DNA of 64,000 nt from an uncultured Actinomycetes bacterium (GTDB lineage Bacteria > Actinomycetota > UBA4738 > HRBIN12): positions 12,715-76,714 of the forward strand of contig CAVSLG010000007.1 of the NCBI GenBank assembly GCA_963728665.1, given 5' to 3'. The notes below the pieces were generated by a model, which had not been told where the DNA came from, did not search any database, and saw only the letters and a program-made list of their open reading frames with translations. The stretch's first letter is position 1; every line of letters starts with the position of its first letter. Made by a program: the position numbers and the translations under genes. This document shows, piece after piece, positions 31,131-40,225 of this stretch.

Positions 31131-31269
31131 CACGGGAAGGTTCGTCGTGGCGCCGCGCCGTGCGAGGGCTCGGGTCGCCGGGGGGAAGGCGGGGCGCACG
31201 TTAGCACACCGTTCTCCCCGCCTCCCGGCCGCCCACCGGGTCTTGACACTCTTTCTCGTGTCAAGGCCT

Positions 31270-31299
31270 TTGTCCTGCGGCGATGCGGGCTCGTATACT
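31270..31299 (+). promoter_or_regulatory. Candidate rpmH promoter
   Basis: TTGTCC (31270..31275), an 18-nt spacer, then TATACT (31294..31299), about 75 nt upstream of the rpmH ATG. Confidence 0.35.
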
Positions 31300-31373
31300 G
31301 CGACCCGGCCGGCCGCGTGCCGGCCTTTCACACGACCGATCACGCGATCCGATCACGAAGGACCACGTTCTCG

Positions 31374-31517
31374 ATGGCCAAGGGCAAGCGTACCTACCAG
31401 CCGAACAACCGCCGCCGCGCACGCCGCCACGGCTTCCGTCTGCGCATGCGCACCCGCGCCGGCCGCTCGATCATCTCGTCGCGGCGCCGCAAGGGCCGCG
31501 CCCGCCTGTCCGCCTGA
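31374..31517 (+). CDS. rpmH: 50S ribosomal protein L34
   Basis: [47 protein letters not shown], 47 aa, inside ORF 31095..31517. Confidence 0.95.
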   Translation: MAKGKRTYQPNNRRRARRHGFRLRMRTRAGRSIISSRRRKGRARLSA

Positions 31518-31530
31518 GGGCGAGCGCCGC

Positions 31531-31845
31531 GTGCGCTCCCGCGCGGTCCGACGGGTGCTCGATCGGGCCCGACCCCGTCGCGGAAGGCGGGTGGTACTGT
31601 TCCTTGCGCCCGGCTCCGGCGACTGGGCGGTCGTGGCCACGCGCCGCGTGGGCGGGGCCGTCGAGCGGAACCGGGCCAAACGGATCCTGCGGGAGGCTTG
31701 GAGACAGGTATCGCCGCAGGTCACAGGAGATTTCGACGCCGTCCTGGTGGCCCGCGAGGCGATCCGGGGCGCAACGACGCAGGATCTGGTGAGCGAGATG
31801 AGCGAGTTACTGCCTCGAGAGGTTGTGCGCGATGACGGTGCATGA
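31531..31845 (+). CDS. rnpA: Ribonuclease P protein component
   Basis: Distal part of ORF 30907..31845. GTG 31531. Segments [25 protein letters not shown]...[18 protein letters not shown]. Conserved position after rpmH. Confidence 0.85.
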   Translation: MRSRAVRRVLDRARPRRGRRVVLFLAPGSGDWAVVATRRVGGAVERNRAKRILREAWRQVSPQVTGDFDAVLVAREAIRGATTQDLVSEMSELLPREVVRDDGA

Positions 31846-32146
31846 GCTCGCCTGGCGCGCCGGCGCCCCGACGCGGACCCTGCTGGCGGGGGCGATCCAC
31901 GTGTACCGAGCGGTCTTCTCCGGATGGCTCGGTGGGCAATGTCGGTACTACCCGACCTGCAGCCACTATGCGGAGGACGCGATCCGTCACCACGGAGCCT
32001 TGCGAGGTTCCGCCCTCGCCACCTGGCGCATCGCGCGATGCAACCCGTACGGCCGCGGTGGCTTCGACCCGGTGCCGCAGACCCGTCACGGACAGCACAG
32101 TGTGTATGACGATGTCGTACACTCTGGCGAGGAGGCTCGCGCCTAG
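31832..32146 (+). CDS. yidD: Membrane protein insertion efficiency factor YidD
   Basis: ORF 31823..32146. Segments [46 protein letters not shown]. Start ATG 31832 or GTG 31823. Confidence 0.85.
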   Translation: MTVHELAWRAGAPTRTLLAGAIHVYRAVFSGWLGGQCRYYPTCSHYAEDAIRHHGALRGSALATWRIARCNPYGRGGFDPVPQTRHGQHSVYDDVVHSGEEARA

Positions 32147-33277
32147 ATGCTCGCCGAGATCCCCGTCATCTCCCCGATCTTCCAGGGTCTGCTCGACACG
32201 ATCGGCTGGGTCCTCGCTTGGCTGTATGACGTCATCCCCAACTACGGCGTCGCGATCATCATCCTCACGCTGGTGCTGCGCTTCCTGCTCTTCCCGCTCG
32301 GCATGAAGCAGATCAAGTCGATGCAAGCGATGCAGGCGCTGCAACCGAAGATCAAAGAGATCCAGAAGAAGTACAGGGGCAACAAGCAGAAGGCCCAGGA
32401 AGAGACGATGCGCCTGTACAAGGAGGCGGGGGTCAATCCCCTGGGCGGGTGTCTGCCGGTCCTGGCGCAGTTCCCGTTGCTGATCGCGATGTACGCCGTG
32501 ATCAGGGCGCCGGGGTATGAGCCCGTCACGGAGAACGATCAGGTGACGGCATACGCGATCACGAACAACCACCTCCCCACCGACAGCACGCTCTTCGCCA
32601 GTGTCGTGACTCACGAGAACACGGGGTTCCTCGGCTTGAACCTTCAGTGCTCCGCATCCCAGGCCGGAAGCGTCGAGAACAGCACGATCAAGGACACACA
32701 GGGCAACGTAGTGAAGCCGGGGCTGCCGCTCGAGGGCGACGACGGACAGGCCCTCGACTCCTTTGAATCCAAGCCGGTGCTCCCGTGTGGAACCGATGGG
32801 CTCACGTCGAAGATCGGCTACGTGCTGCTGCTCGGCCTGATGATCGCGACGTCGTTCTATCAGACCATTCAGACCCAGCGGGCGAGCCCTCAAGGGGCCG
32901 CGTCGAACCAGCAGCAGATGATCCTGCGGATCATGCCGTTGTTCTTCGGGTTCATCGGGTTCAGCTTCCCGGCCGGCCTGGTGTTGTATTGGACGGTCTC
33001 CAACCTGTTCATGATCGGCCAGCAGACCCTGCTGCTCCGGGCAGGCCACATCGGACCCGATGCCCTCGAGCGGCGCATGGCCGAACAGAAGGCGAAGATG
33101 ACGGCGCAAGCCGACAAACCCCAGAAGAAGGGATTCATGGCGGGCATGATGGAACGCGCCGACGAGGAGCGGAAGCGGCGCGAGGCCGATGCCAAGAAGA
33201 ACCCTCCCCCGAAGAAGGGCAGCTCGCCCCAGCGGAAGCCAAAGAAGCCTGGTTCGGGAGGCAAGGGTGGCTCCTGA
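32147..33277 (+). CDS. yidC: Membrane protein insertase YidC
   Basis: ORF 32147..33277. Segments YGVAIIILTLVLRFLLFPL, MQALQPKIKEIQKKY and GCLPVLAQFPLLIAMY. The ATG directly abuts the yidD stop. Confidence 0.95.
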   Translation: MLAEIPVISPIFQGLLDTIGWVLAWLYDVIPNYGVAIIILTLVLRFLLFPLGMKQIKSMQAMQALQPKIKEIQKKYRGNKQKAQEETMRLYKEAGVNPLGGCLPVLAQFPLLIAMYAVIRAPGYEPVTENDQVTAYAITNNHLPTDSTLFASVVTHENTGFLGLNLQCSASQAGSVENSTIKDTQGNVVKPGLPLEGDDGQALDSFESKPVLPCGTDGLTSKIGYVLLLGLMIATSFYQTIQTQRASPQGAASNQQQMILRIMPLFFGFIGFSFPAGLVLYWTVSNLFMIGQQTLLLRAGHIGPDALERRMAEQKAKMTAQADKPQKKGFMAGMMERADEERKRREADAKKNPPPKKGSSPQRKPKKPGSGGKGGS

Positions 33278-33764
33278 GCGCGACGACCCGCCGAACCTCG
33301 ACGAGCTCGAGGAACAGGCCGATGCGGCCGCAGACTTCCTCGATGAGCTTCTGTCGCGCATGGACATCGATGCGATCGCGGAGCCGAACCCGCACGAGGG
33401 GCACATGTACGTCGATATCGTCGACGGTCCAGAAGAGGACATGTCCCTGCTGATCGGACGTCACGGCCAGACGCTGGAAGCCATCCAGGAGCTCACCCGC
33501 ATGGTGGTCGGGCGTCGGCTCGATCAGCGGGTGCGGGTGATCGTCGACGTCGAGGACTACCGCAAGCGGCGGGAGGCTAGGCTCGAGGAGCACGCCCGCG
33601 AGGTCGCCGAGCGGGTGCGCGACACCGGTCGAGAGGAAGAGCTCGAGCCGATGAACTCCTACGAGCGCAAGCTGGTGCACGACGCCGTCGCCGACGTCGA
33701 CGGTGTCGAGACGGAGTCCCGCGGCCTCGACCCCGAGCGGTTCGTCGTCATCGTTCCCTCCTGA
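33267..33764 (+). CDS. jag: Jag/KhpB RNA-binding protein (KH and R3H domains)
   Basis: Distal part of ORF 33189..33764. GTG 33267 is preceded by GGGAGG 5 nt upstream. Segments LLIGRHGQTLEAIQELT (KH) and SYERKLVHDAV (R3H). Confidence 0.85.
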   Translation: MAPERDDPPNLDELEEQADAAADFLDELLSRMDIDAIAEPNPHEGHMYVDIVDGPEEDMSLLIGRHGQTLEAIQELTRMVVGRRLDQRVRVIVDVEDYRKRREARLEEHAREVAERVRDTGREEELEPMNSYERKLVHDAVADVDGVETESRGLDPERFVVIVPS

Positions 33765-33818
33765 CCTCCGCCGTCGGTTCCCTTCCTGGGAGAAGGCTCG
33801 ATCGGGGCACGAACCGTC

Positions 33819-34457
33819 GTGTCGTACGCTGCCGAGATGCGTGAAGAGGCGATGTTTCACGTGAAACATGAGGGTTGGGCACCGGCCGCAGCCCTCGAGG
33901 TGGAACTCGATGAGACCGCCATCGAGCGTCTCGAGCGTCTCGAGCGGTTGCTGCGCGAGAAAGCCGCCCCCATGGGCATGGTCGCCTCGTCGGACATGAC
34001 GCGGCTCCGCGAACGCCACATCCTCGACAGCCTGAGGGCCACTCCCCTGCTCCCGGACGCAGGAACCGTCTGTGACATGGGGTCGGGAGCCGGATTGCCG
34101 GGCATCGTCCTCGCCATCGCAAGGCCCGACCTCCGATTCGTGCTCGTCGAGGTACGGCGGAACCGTGCGAGCTTCCTCGAGGAGGCCACCGCGGACCTCG
34201 GGAATGTGGCCGTATACGGGCGGCGTCTGGAGACCTTCCGCGAGAAGGTCGAAGCATGTACCGCAAGGGCGTTCGCTCCTGCGTCGAGGTCGTGGGAAGC
34301 CGCCGAACATCTCCTCGGAGGGTCCGGATACCTGATCTACTGGGCGGGCGGGACCTTCGATCTCGCCAGCGACATGCCGAGCGGAGTGTCGGGAACGCTT
34401 TTCACGACGTCTGCGCTTGCACGGTCGGGCCCGCTGGTTATCATGACTCGGCAGTGA
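33819..34457 (+). CDS. rsmG: 16S rRNA (guanine527-N7)-methyltransferase RsmG (GidB)
   Basis: ORF 33819..34457. Segments RHILDSL and the SAM motif DMGSGAGLPGIVLAI. Start uncertain (33819, 33837 or 33852). Confidence 0.9.
   Translation: MSYAAEMREEAMFHVKHEGWAPAAALEVELDETAIERLERLERLLREKAAPMGMVASSDMTRLRERHILDSLRATPLLPDAGTVCDMGSGAGLPGIVLAIARPDLRFVLVEVRRNRASFLEEATADLGNVAVYGRRLETFREKVEACTARAFAPASRSWEAAEHLLGGSGYLIYWAGGTFDLASDMPSGVSGTLFTTSALARSGPLVIMTRQ
33853..33868. promoter_or_regulatory. parS centromere-like site
   Basis: Perfect 16-bp palindrome TGTTTCACGTGAAACA, identical to the ParB-binding consensus. It encodes FHVKH in the rsmG 5' end. Confidence 0.85.
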
Positions 34458-35722
34458 CCAAGGCTTCCGCCGGCGCCGGCGCCGCCCCGGGCACCTCTTC
34501 TCGCTCGACTTCCAAGGGCGGTTCATCCAGCGCATCCAGCGCCAACCATCCGAGACGAGAGAAGAAGAAGCCCATCCCCGTGCCGCCGGAAACGCCCGGC
34601 ATCGCCCGCGTGATCGCGATCGCGAACCAGAAGGGCGGGGTGGGCAAGAGCACGACCGCAGTCAGCCTCGGGGCGGCGCTCGCCGATCTGGGGTACCGCG
34701 TGCTCGTGATCGACCTGGACCCCCAGGGAAACGCGTCCACCGGCTTGGGGATCCGACACGAGGCACGCGAGATCACCGTGTATGACGTCATCGTGTCCGA
34801 GGCCGCCGTCGGGGACGCGATCGTGCAGACCGCGGTGCCACACCTGTCGGCCCTACCCTCCACGATCGACCTGGCCGGAGCGGAGATCGAGCTGGTCAGC
34901 CAGTTCTCGCGCGAGACGCGGTTGAAGAAGGCGTTGGCCTCGATACGTGAGGGGGTCTACGACTTCATCCTGGTCGACTGCCCGCCCTCGCTGGGTCTGC
35001 TGACGATCAACGCTCTCACCGCCGCGGAGGAACTGATCGTGCCGATCCAGTGCGAGTACTACGCCCTGGAGGGCCTCGGGCAGCTCCTGCGCAACGTCTC
35101 GCTCGTGCAGCAGAACATCAACCCGGGCTTGCGGCTCTCCGGCATCGTGATGACGATGTTCGACCCCCGGACCAAGCTGTCCGAGCAGGTCGTCGAGGAG
35201 GTCAGGCGGTACTTCGGGGAGCTCGTCTACGACGTCATCATCCCGAGGACGGTTCGACTATCGGAGGCACCGGGGTTCGGTCAGCCGATCACTGTGTACG
35301 ACCCGAAGTCCAAGGGTGCGGCCAGCTACCGCGAGCTCGGTCGAGAGGTCGCGATTCGACCGCCGCCGACCGAACCCATGCCGGTCTTCGACGACCTCCC
35401 GACGGTGGTCGTGCCGGCGATCGACGCCTCCCCCGCTCCCGCGGATCCGCTTGAGGAGGACGAACTGGGCGAGGTGCCGATGGTGCACGACCTGACCGAA
35501 GAGCCGGAACCAGAGCAGGAGCCGGAGCCGGAACCGGAACCGGAGACGGAGCAGGAGCAGGAGCAGGAAGCAGAAGCAGGAGCAGGGATTAGCTTCCGTG
35601 CCGGAACCGACTCCTGTGCCAGCTCCCGCGCCGGAACCGACTCCCGAACCGCCTCCGGAACCGGTTCCACCGACGGTTCCTCCCCCTGCTCTCGAAGAAG
35701 AGGATGTGTGGGAAGAGGCTGA
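34454..35722 (+). CDS. parA: Chromosome partitioning ATPase ParA/Soj with N-terminal extension; 3' end uncertain (see frameshift finding)
   Basis: Distal part of ORF 34256..35722. GTG 34454 overlaps the rsmG stop (GTGA); alternative GTG 34610. Deviant Walker A NQKGGVGKSTT. The core ends near 35360, followed by an E/P-rich tail. Confidence 0.85.
   Translation: MTKASAGAGAAPGTSSRSTSKGGSSSASSANHPRREKKKPIPVPPETPGIARVIAIANQKGGVGKSTTAVSLGAALADLGYRVLVIDLDPQGNASTGLGIRHEAREITVYDVIVSEAAVGDAIVQTAVPHLSALPSTIDLAGAEIELVSQFSRETRLKKALASIREGVYDFILVDCPPSLGLLTINALTAAEELIVPIQCEYYALEGLGQLLRNVSLVQQNINPGLRLSGIVMTMFDPRTKLSEQVVEEVRRYFGELVYDVIIPRTVRLSEAPGFGQPITVYDPKSKGAASYRELGREVAIRPPPTEPMPVFDDLPTVVVPAIDASPAPADPLEEDELGEVPMVHDLTEEPEPEQEPEPEPEPETEQEQEQEAEAGAGISFRAGTDSCASSRAGTDSRTASGTGSTDGSSPCSRRRGCVGRG
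35498..35587. repeat. Low-complexity hexanucleotide repeat tract (GAGCCG/GAACCG/GAGCAG units) encoding an (EP)n(EQ)n tail
   Basis: The sequence is gaagagccggaaccagagcaggagccggagccggaaccggaaccggagacggagcaggagcaggagcaggaagcagaagcaggagcaggg. A further 15-nt direct repeat gccggaaccgactcc occurs twice, 29 nt apart, just downstream (about 35600 and 35629). Confidence 0.8.
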
Positions 35723-35969
35723 TGCCGCGTCCGAGCCACCTCGGGTCGCCCCGCCGAGTTCCCCGGCCCCACCCGGGCACCTTCCCGAACGTCGGGTGGT
35801 GGTCATCGACGAAGACGCCGAACCACAGGCGCCCTCGCAGCCGAGCCGTCCCGATCCCGAGGCTGATGCACCGGAGGGCCACGCCGTAGCCGACATCGGC
35901 GCCACCCTCGAGGACGACGAAGGCTCTCACAAGCGACGATGGCGACTGTTCCGCAAGGGAGGCGAGTGA
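35598..35969 (+). CDS. P/E-rich ORF, either the frameshifted continuation of the ParA tail or a separate acidic protein coupled to parB
   Basis: ORF 35598..35969, VPEPTPVPAPAPEPTPEPPPEPVPP...RRWRLFRKGGE. Its TGA shares a base with the parB ATG (TGATG). The composition continues the parA tail from another frame. Confidence 0.4.
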   Translation: MPEPTPVPAPAPEPTPEPPPEPVPPTVPPPALEEEDVWEEADAASEPPRVAPPSSPAPPGHLPERRVVVIDEDAEPQAPSQPSRPDPEADAPEGHAVADIGATLEDDEGSHKRRWRLFRKGGE

Positions 35970-36862
35970 TGTCGAAACGAGGTGGTCTGGGGCGGGGTCT
36001 GTCCGCACTGATCCCGGGGGCTCCCGAGGCCGGTGACGGCATCTCGGGGTTGCTGGAGGTCCCGGTGAACGCCGTCGCTCCGAATCCGAAGCAGCCCCGG
36101 ACCCACTGGGACGAGGAGGAGATCAAGGCGCTCGCGGCGTCGATCAGGGAGGTCGGCATCCTGCAGCCGATCGTGGTCCGGCGGTCGGGTGAGGACGGCT
36201 ACGAGCTCGTCGCCGGGGAGCGCCGACTCCGGGCGGCCAAGGTGGCCGGTCTCGCCACAGTACCCGTCGTGCTCCGCGATACCGAAGATGCGGACCTCCT
36301 GCGCGAGGCGCTGATCGAGAACATCCACCGGCAGGACCTGGGGCCGATCGAGCTCGCCGAGGCGTTCAGGCAGCTGCTCGAAGACCTCGGCTTGAAGCAG
36401 GAGGAGCTCGCGGATCGGGTCGGTGTGTCACGGTCACACATAGCGAACACCATCCGCCTGCTGCAGCTCCCCCTCGAGACCCAGCAGCTGCTCACCGATG
36501 CCAGGATCCAGGCGGGACACGCCCGCGCGCTGCTGGCTCTCGGTGACGCCGACGCCGTCAACACCCTCGCACTCCGGGTTGCCGCCGAAGACCTCTCCGT
36601 CCGCGAGACCGAGGATCTCGTACGGCGCTACCTCGAGCCCCCTCCGGAAGTCGAAGCCTCCACCGACGTCGCCACGACGCCCGCGACCGACGCCGGCATG
36701 GCCGAGGTGGAGGAGATCCTGTCGGAGCAACTCGCCACCCGTGTCCAGATCCAGTACGGGAAGAAGCGCGGCCGCGTGATCATCGAGTTCGGATCCGTGG
36801 ACGACCTAGAACGGATCGTCTCGGAGATCGTCGGATCGGGACCCGGGCTCGCCCCGGATTGA
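35969..36862 (+). CDS. parB: Chromosome partitioning protein ParB
   Basis: ORF 35939..36862 with ATG 35969 (MSKRGGLGRGLSALIP), preceded by GGGAGG. Segments GERRLRAAKVAGL and an HTH region. Confidence 0.95.
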   Translation: MSKRGGLGRGLSALIPGAPEAGDGISGLLEVPVNAVAPNPKQPRTHWDEEEIKALAASIREVGILQPIVVRRSGEDGYELVAGERRLRAAKVAGLATVPVVLRDTEDADLLREALIENIHRQDLGPIELAEAFRQLLEDLGLKQEELADRVGVSRSHIANTIRLLQLPLETQQLLTDARIQAGHARALLALGDADAVNTLALRVAAEDLSVRETEDLVRRYLEPPPEVEASTDVATTPATDAGMAEVEEILSEQLATRVQIQYGKKRGRVIIEFGSVDDLERIVSEIVGSGPGLAPD

Positions 36863-36886
36863 CCCACCGACCAGGTCCCAGAGGAC

Positions 36887-37831
36887 TCAGGCGCTCGAGC
36901 GTCTGCTCTCCACCGATTGGGTGACCGCGTCACACAGCTCGGGGAGGCCCATCCCCGCAGCGCTTGCGCCCATCGGCAGCAGACTCGTCTCCGTCATGCC
37001 GGGTGAGACGCTGACCTCGAGCACCCACGGCAGGCCGTCGCTGTCGACGATCATGTCGACCCTGGTCACATCTCGTAGACCGAGGGCGGCCCAGGCGGCC
37101 ATGGCCGCATCGCGGCAGGCTGCGGTGACGTCGTCACCGAGCCGTGCGGGGGCGAAGTATTCGGTCGCACCCGCCGTGTAGCGCGCGGCGTAGTCGTAGG
37201 TGCCGCCCTTCGGCACGATCTCGACCGCGGGCAGCGTGTCGCCCGGAGTGCCGACGACGCCGACGGCGACCTCGGTGCCGACGATCGCCGTCTCCACCAC
37301 GACTCCCCCGCTGAACGAAAGCGCCGCCATCACGGCCGCCGGTAGGTCGGCCTCCCGTGAGACGGTCGTGACGCCGAGGGCAGAGCCGCTCCTCGAGGGT
37401 TTGACGACGCATGGCAGGCCGACCCGTTCGATCGCCCGCCCGAGGGCTGCACCGGCGCCGAGGTCTCGCAACGCCGCGCCCTCGATCGGGGCCCACGCAG
37501 GGGTCCGCACTCCGGCTCTGGCGAGAGCGTCCTTGGCCAGCAGCTTGTCGAATGCGACCTCGCAGTCGAACGGCGCCGTGCCTGTGTAGACGAGGCCGAG
37601 CAGGTCGAGCAGACGCTGCACGGTGCCGTCCTCGCCTTCCTTTCCGTGCAGCGTCAGGTAACAGAGGTCGGGGGATCGCTCCAGCAGGGCTTCGGCCAGC
37701 GCCGTCTCCCCCGGGTCCACCAACGTGGCGTCGTGCCCGAGTTCGTGCAGGGCCCCCAGCACCCGATGTCCGCCTCTGATCGACACATCGCGCTCGGGCG
37801 TGCGCCCCCCGGCGAGCACCGCGACGTTCAC
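36887..37831 (-). CDS. ddl: D-alanine--D-alanine ligase
   Basis: ORF 36887..37831 (GTG start overlapping the upstream stop as GTGA). Segments VAVLAGGRTPERDVSIRGG, LHGKEGEDGTVQ and VVKPSRSGSALGV, with an ATP-grasp layout. Confidence 0.9.
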   Translation of the reverse strand: MNVAVLAGGRTPERDVSIRGGHRVLGALHELGHDATLVDPGETALAEALLERSPDLCYLTLHGKEGEDGTVQRLLDLLGLVYTGTAPFDCEVAFDKLLAKDALARAGVRTPAWAPIEGAALRDLGAGAALGRAIERVGLPCVVKPSRSGSALGVTTVSREADLPAAVMAALSFSGGVVVETAIVGTEVAVGVVGTPGDTLPAVEIVPKGGTYDYAARYTAGATEYFAPARLGDDVTAACRDAAMAAWAALGLRDVTRVDMIVDSDGLPWVLEVSVSPGMTETSLLPMGASAAGMGLPELCDAVTQSVESRRSSA

Positions 37832-39057
37832 GGGTGAAGGCTCCGGTACAGGGCCTGCTCATCCTCCAGCAGACTGCCCAGCCGGGCGATGCCCTCGCGG
37901 ATCCGGTCCTCGGGCGGGTAGCAGAACGCCAGTCGCATCTGGTTGCCGCCGCGACCGTCGGGGTAGAAGGCCGTGCCGGGCACGTAGGCGACGCGGCGTT
38001 CGACGGCCGCGGCGAGCATCGCGCGGGTGTCGAACCACTCCGGCAGGGTGACCCAGACGTAGAAGCCGCCGGCGGGGTTCGTCCACAGGGTCCCGTCGGG
38101 GAAATGATCGTCGATCGACTCGAGCATCGCGTCGCGCCGCGAGCGGTAGATATCGGTGAGGGAGGCGAGGTTGCCGCGCCACCGTTCCTCGTCGGCGAAG
38201 TACCGCTCGGTGACGAGCATCGTGAACGAGGAACCACAGAGGTCGGCCGCTTCCTTGGCGAGCACCAGGCGTTGCACCACCGACTGCTCGGCGAGAGCCC
38301 ACCCGACGCGGACGCCGGGGGAGAAGACCTTCGAGACCGTGCCGAGGTAGATCACGTTGGCGGGGTCGAGGGTTCGCAGCGCCGGGAGCGGCTCGCCCTC
38401 GAACCGGAGCATGCCGTACGGGTTGTCCTCGACGATCGGGATGCCTGCTTCCCGGCACAGCGAGACCAGGTGATCCCGCCTATCGTATGATAACGTCACA
38501 CCAGCCGGATTCCCGAAGTTCGGGCACGTGTAAACGAACTTCGGTCGCTCGCCGCGAACCAACGCCTCTTCGAGCTGGTCGACGAGCATGCCATCGTCGT
38601 CGATCTCGATCTGCAGGTAGCGCGGCTCGTACTGCCCGAACGCCGTGAGGGCCCCGACGTACGCGGGCGCTTCGACCGCGATCAGGTCGCCGGGGTCGAT
38701 GAAGATCTTGCCCACGAGGTCGAGCGCTTGTTGCGCGCCGGTCGTGACCACCATGTCCTCGGGGTCTCCATCGACGCCCTCGGCAGCCATCAAGCCGGCG
38801 AGTCGATCCCGCAGCCCGAGGTGCCCCTGGCCCCCGCCGTACTGCAGCGACATCGACCCGTGCTCGTCCAGGACCCCGCGGACGACGTCGAGCACGTCGT
38901 CGAGGGGGAGCGCCTGCACGAACGGCATGCCGCCCGCGAGCGATACCACCTCGGGGCGTGAGGCCACGGCGAACAACGCCCGCACCTCCGAGGCGGACAT
39001 GCCCGACGTGCGGTGGGCGTAGAGGTCGACGAATCGATCGATCGAGAACTCGGCCAT
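37828..39057 (-). CDS. PLP-dependent aminotransferase, class I/II (ARO8/LysN-like)
   Basis: ORF 37828..39057. Segments SLAGGMPF, QYGGGQG, YTCPNFGNPAGVTL and LGTVSKVFSPGVRVGW (PLP lysine). Confidence 0.85.
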   Translation of the reverse strand: MAEFSIDRFVDLYAHRTSGMSASEVRALFAVASRPEVVSLAGGMPFVQALPLDDVLDVVRGVLDEHGSMSLQYGGGQGHLGLRDRLAGLMAAEGVDGDPEDMVVTTGAQQALDLVGKIFIDPGDLIAVEAPAYVGALTAFGQYEPRYLQIEIDDDGMLVDQLEEALVRGERPKFVYTCPNFGNPAGVTLSYDRRDHLVSLCREAGIPIVEDNPYGMLRFEGEPLPALRTLDPANVIYLGTVSKVFSPGVRVGWALAEQSVVQRLVLAKEAADLCGSSFTMLVTERYFADEERWRGNLASLTDIYRSRRDAMLESIDDHFPDGTLWTNPAGGFYVWVTLPEWFDTRAMLAAAVERRVAYVPGTAFYPDGRGGNQMRLAFCYPPEDRIREGIARLGSLLEDEQALYRSLHP

Positions 39058-39116
39058 GGGAGGGTCCCAAGGCTAGCATCGGCATGCTCAACGATCGTGT
39101 CGTCGGGGGGACGCGC

Positions 39117-40077
39117 TCATCCCTCCACGTGCGGGAACACGCGCTCGGCGAGCACGTCGAGCATCTCCAGGTCGTCGAAGAGCTCGTGGTTCAGCATGAT
39201 GCGCTGCACCCCGGCCGCCGCGTACTCGTTCAGCCGCTCGACGGCGTCGTCGACCGACCCGACGACGCAGTGTGCGCGCAGCTCATCGAGTTCGTCCTCG
39301 AACCTCGCGACGCGCATCGCTCGGGCGCGAGCCTTCTCGATCACGCGCATCGCGTCCTGCTCGGTCTCTCCCACGTAGCACCACGTCATCACCGAGGTCG
39401 TGAGGGTGTCTTGAGATCGGCCGTCGGCGTCGAGCCGTTCACGCACCCTGCCGAAGCGCTCACGCGCTTGCTCCGGTGAGGGACCGACGGTGTTGAACTC
39501 ATCGGCCCAGCGCGAGACGAGCGCAGCGATGCGCCGACCGCCGTTGCCGCCGATCACGATCGGCGGATGCGGCTCCTGCACACCCTTGGGCGCGAAGGGC
39601 ACATCGTTGAGCTGATAGTGCTTGCCCTGGAAGGTAAAGCGGTCCTTCGTCAGCAGGCCGTGCACGATCTCGAGCTGCTCTTCGAGCATGTCGAACCGCA
39701 TGGGTGTGTCGGGGAACGGGAATCCGTGAGTGCGATGCTCGTCCTCCCACCACCCCGCGCCCATGCCGATCTCAACCCGCCCACCGCTCACCCGGTCGAC
39801 CGTGACCGCCGCCTTCGCCAGCACGGCGGGCAGCCGGAACGTGACGGGGGAGACCATCGTGCCGAGTCGGATCGTCTGGGTCGAGGCGGCGAGCGCCGAG
39901 AGCATCGTCCACGCATCGGAGGAACCACGGTCGCGGTCGCGATGACGGATCACGCTCAGGTAGTGGTCGGAGGTGAAGATCGCCTCGAATCCCGAGCCGC
40001 TCGGCGGCCCGCGCCGCCGCGAGCCAGTCGGGCCACGTGACGCCTTCCTGTCCCTCGAGCATCAGGCAGAACCGCAT
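39117..40077 (-). pseudogene. LLM-class (luciferase-like) F420-dependent oxidoreductase interrupted by a +1 frameshift
   Basis: The N-terminus MRFCLMLEGQEGVTWPDWLAAARAAERLG lies in the frame of ORF 39772..40155. The rest (FEAIFTSDHYLSVIRHRDR...DAWTMLSALAASTQTIRLGTMVSPV...) lies in the frame of ORF 39117..39953. The switch is at the CCC run 39991..39993 (minus strand CTCGGGATTCGAG). Confidence 0.7.
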
Positions 40078-40225
40078 CGGCGCGTAGCATAGCCCGCGAT
40101 GTCGAACGAACCCGAGGCACCCTCGGCCGATCGATCCGACGACTCGGACCGCCACCCGACAGAACTGGAGCGCGCGGGCCGCGCGTCGGTGGTCGGTCTC
40201 GCGCTCGGGGTGTTCCTGCGGCTCG

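Noticed and set aside
31242-31265. Palindromic TTGACA pair as divergent -35 elements for dnaA and rpmH
   Set aside because: No acceptable -10 hexamer lies 16-19 nt from either copy. It is kept only as an unexplained inverted repeat.
31721-33442. 573-aa minus-strand ORF
   Set aside because: It lies antisense to yidD, yidC and jag. The translation is low-complexity (R/L/H/D-rich).
35498-35660. Possible CRISPR-like or minisatellite array
   Set aside because: The repeats are 6-nt codon-level units encoding E/P/Q within a protein tail. They are not 25-40 nt repeats with unique spacers, and no cas genes are present.
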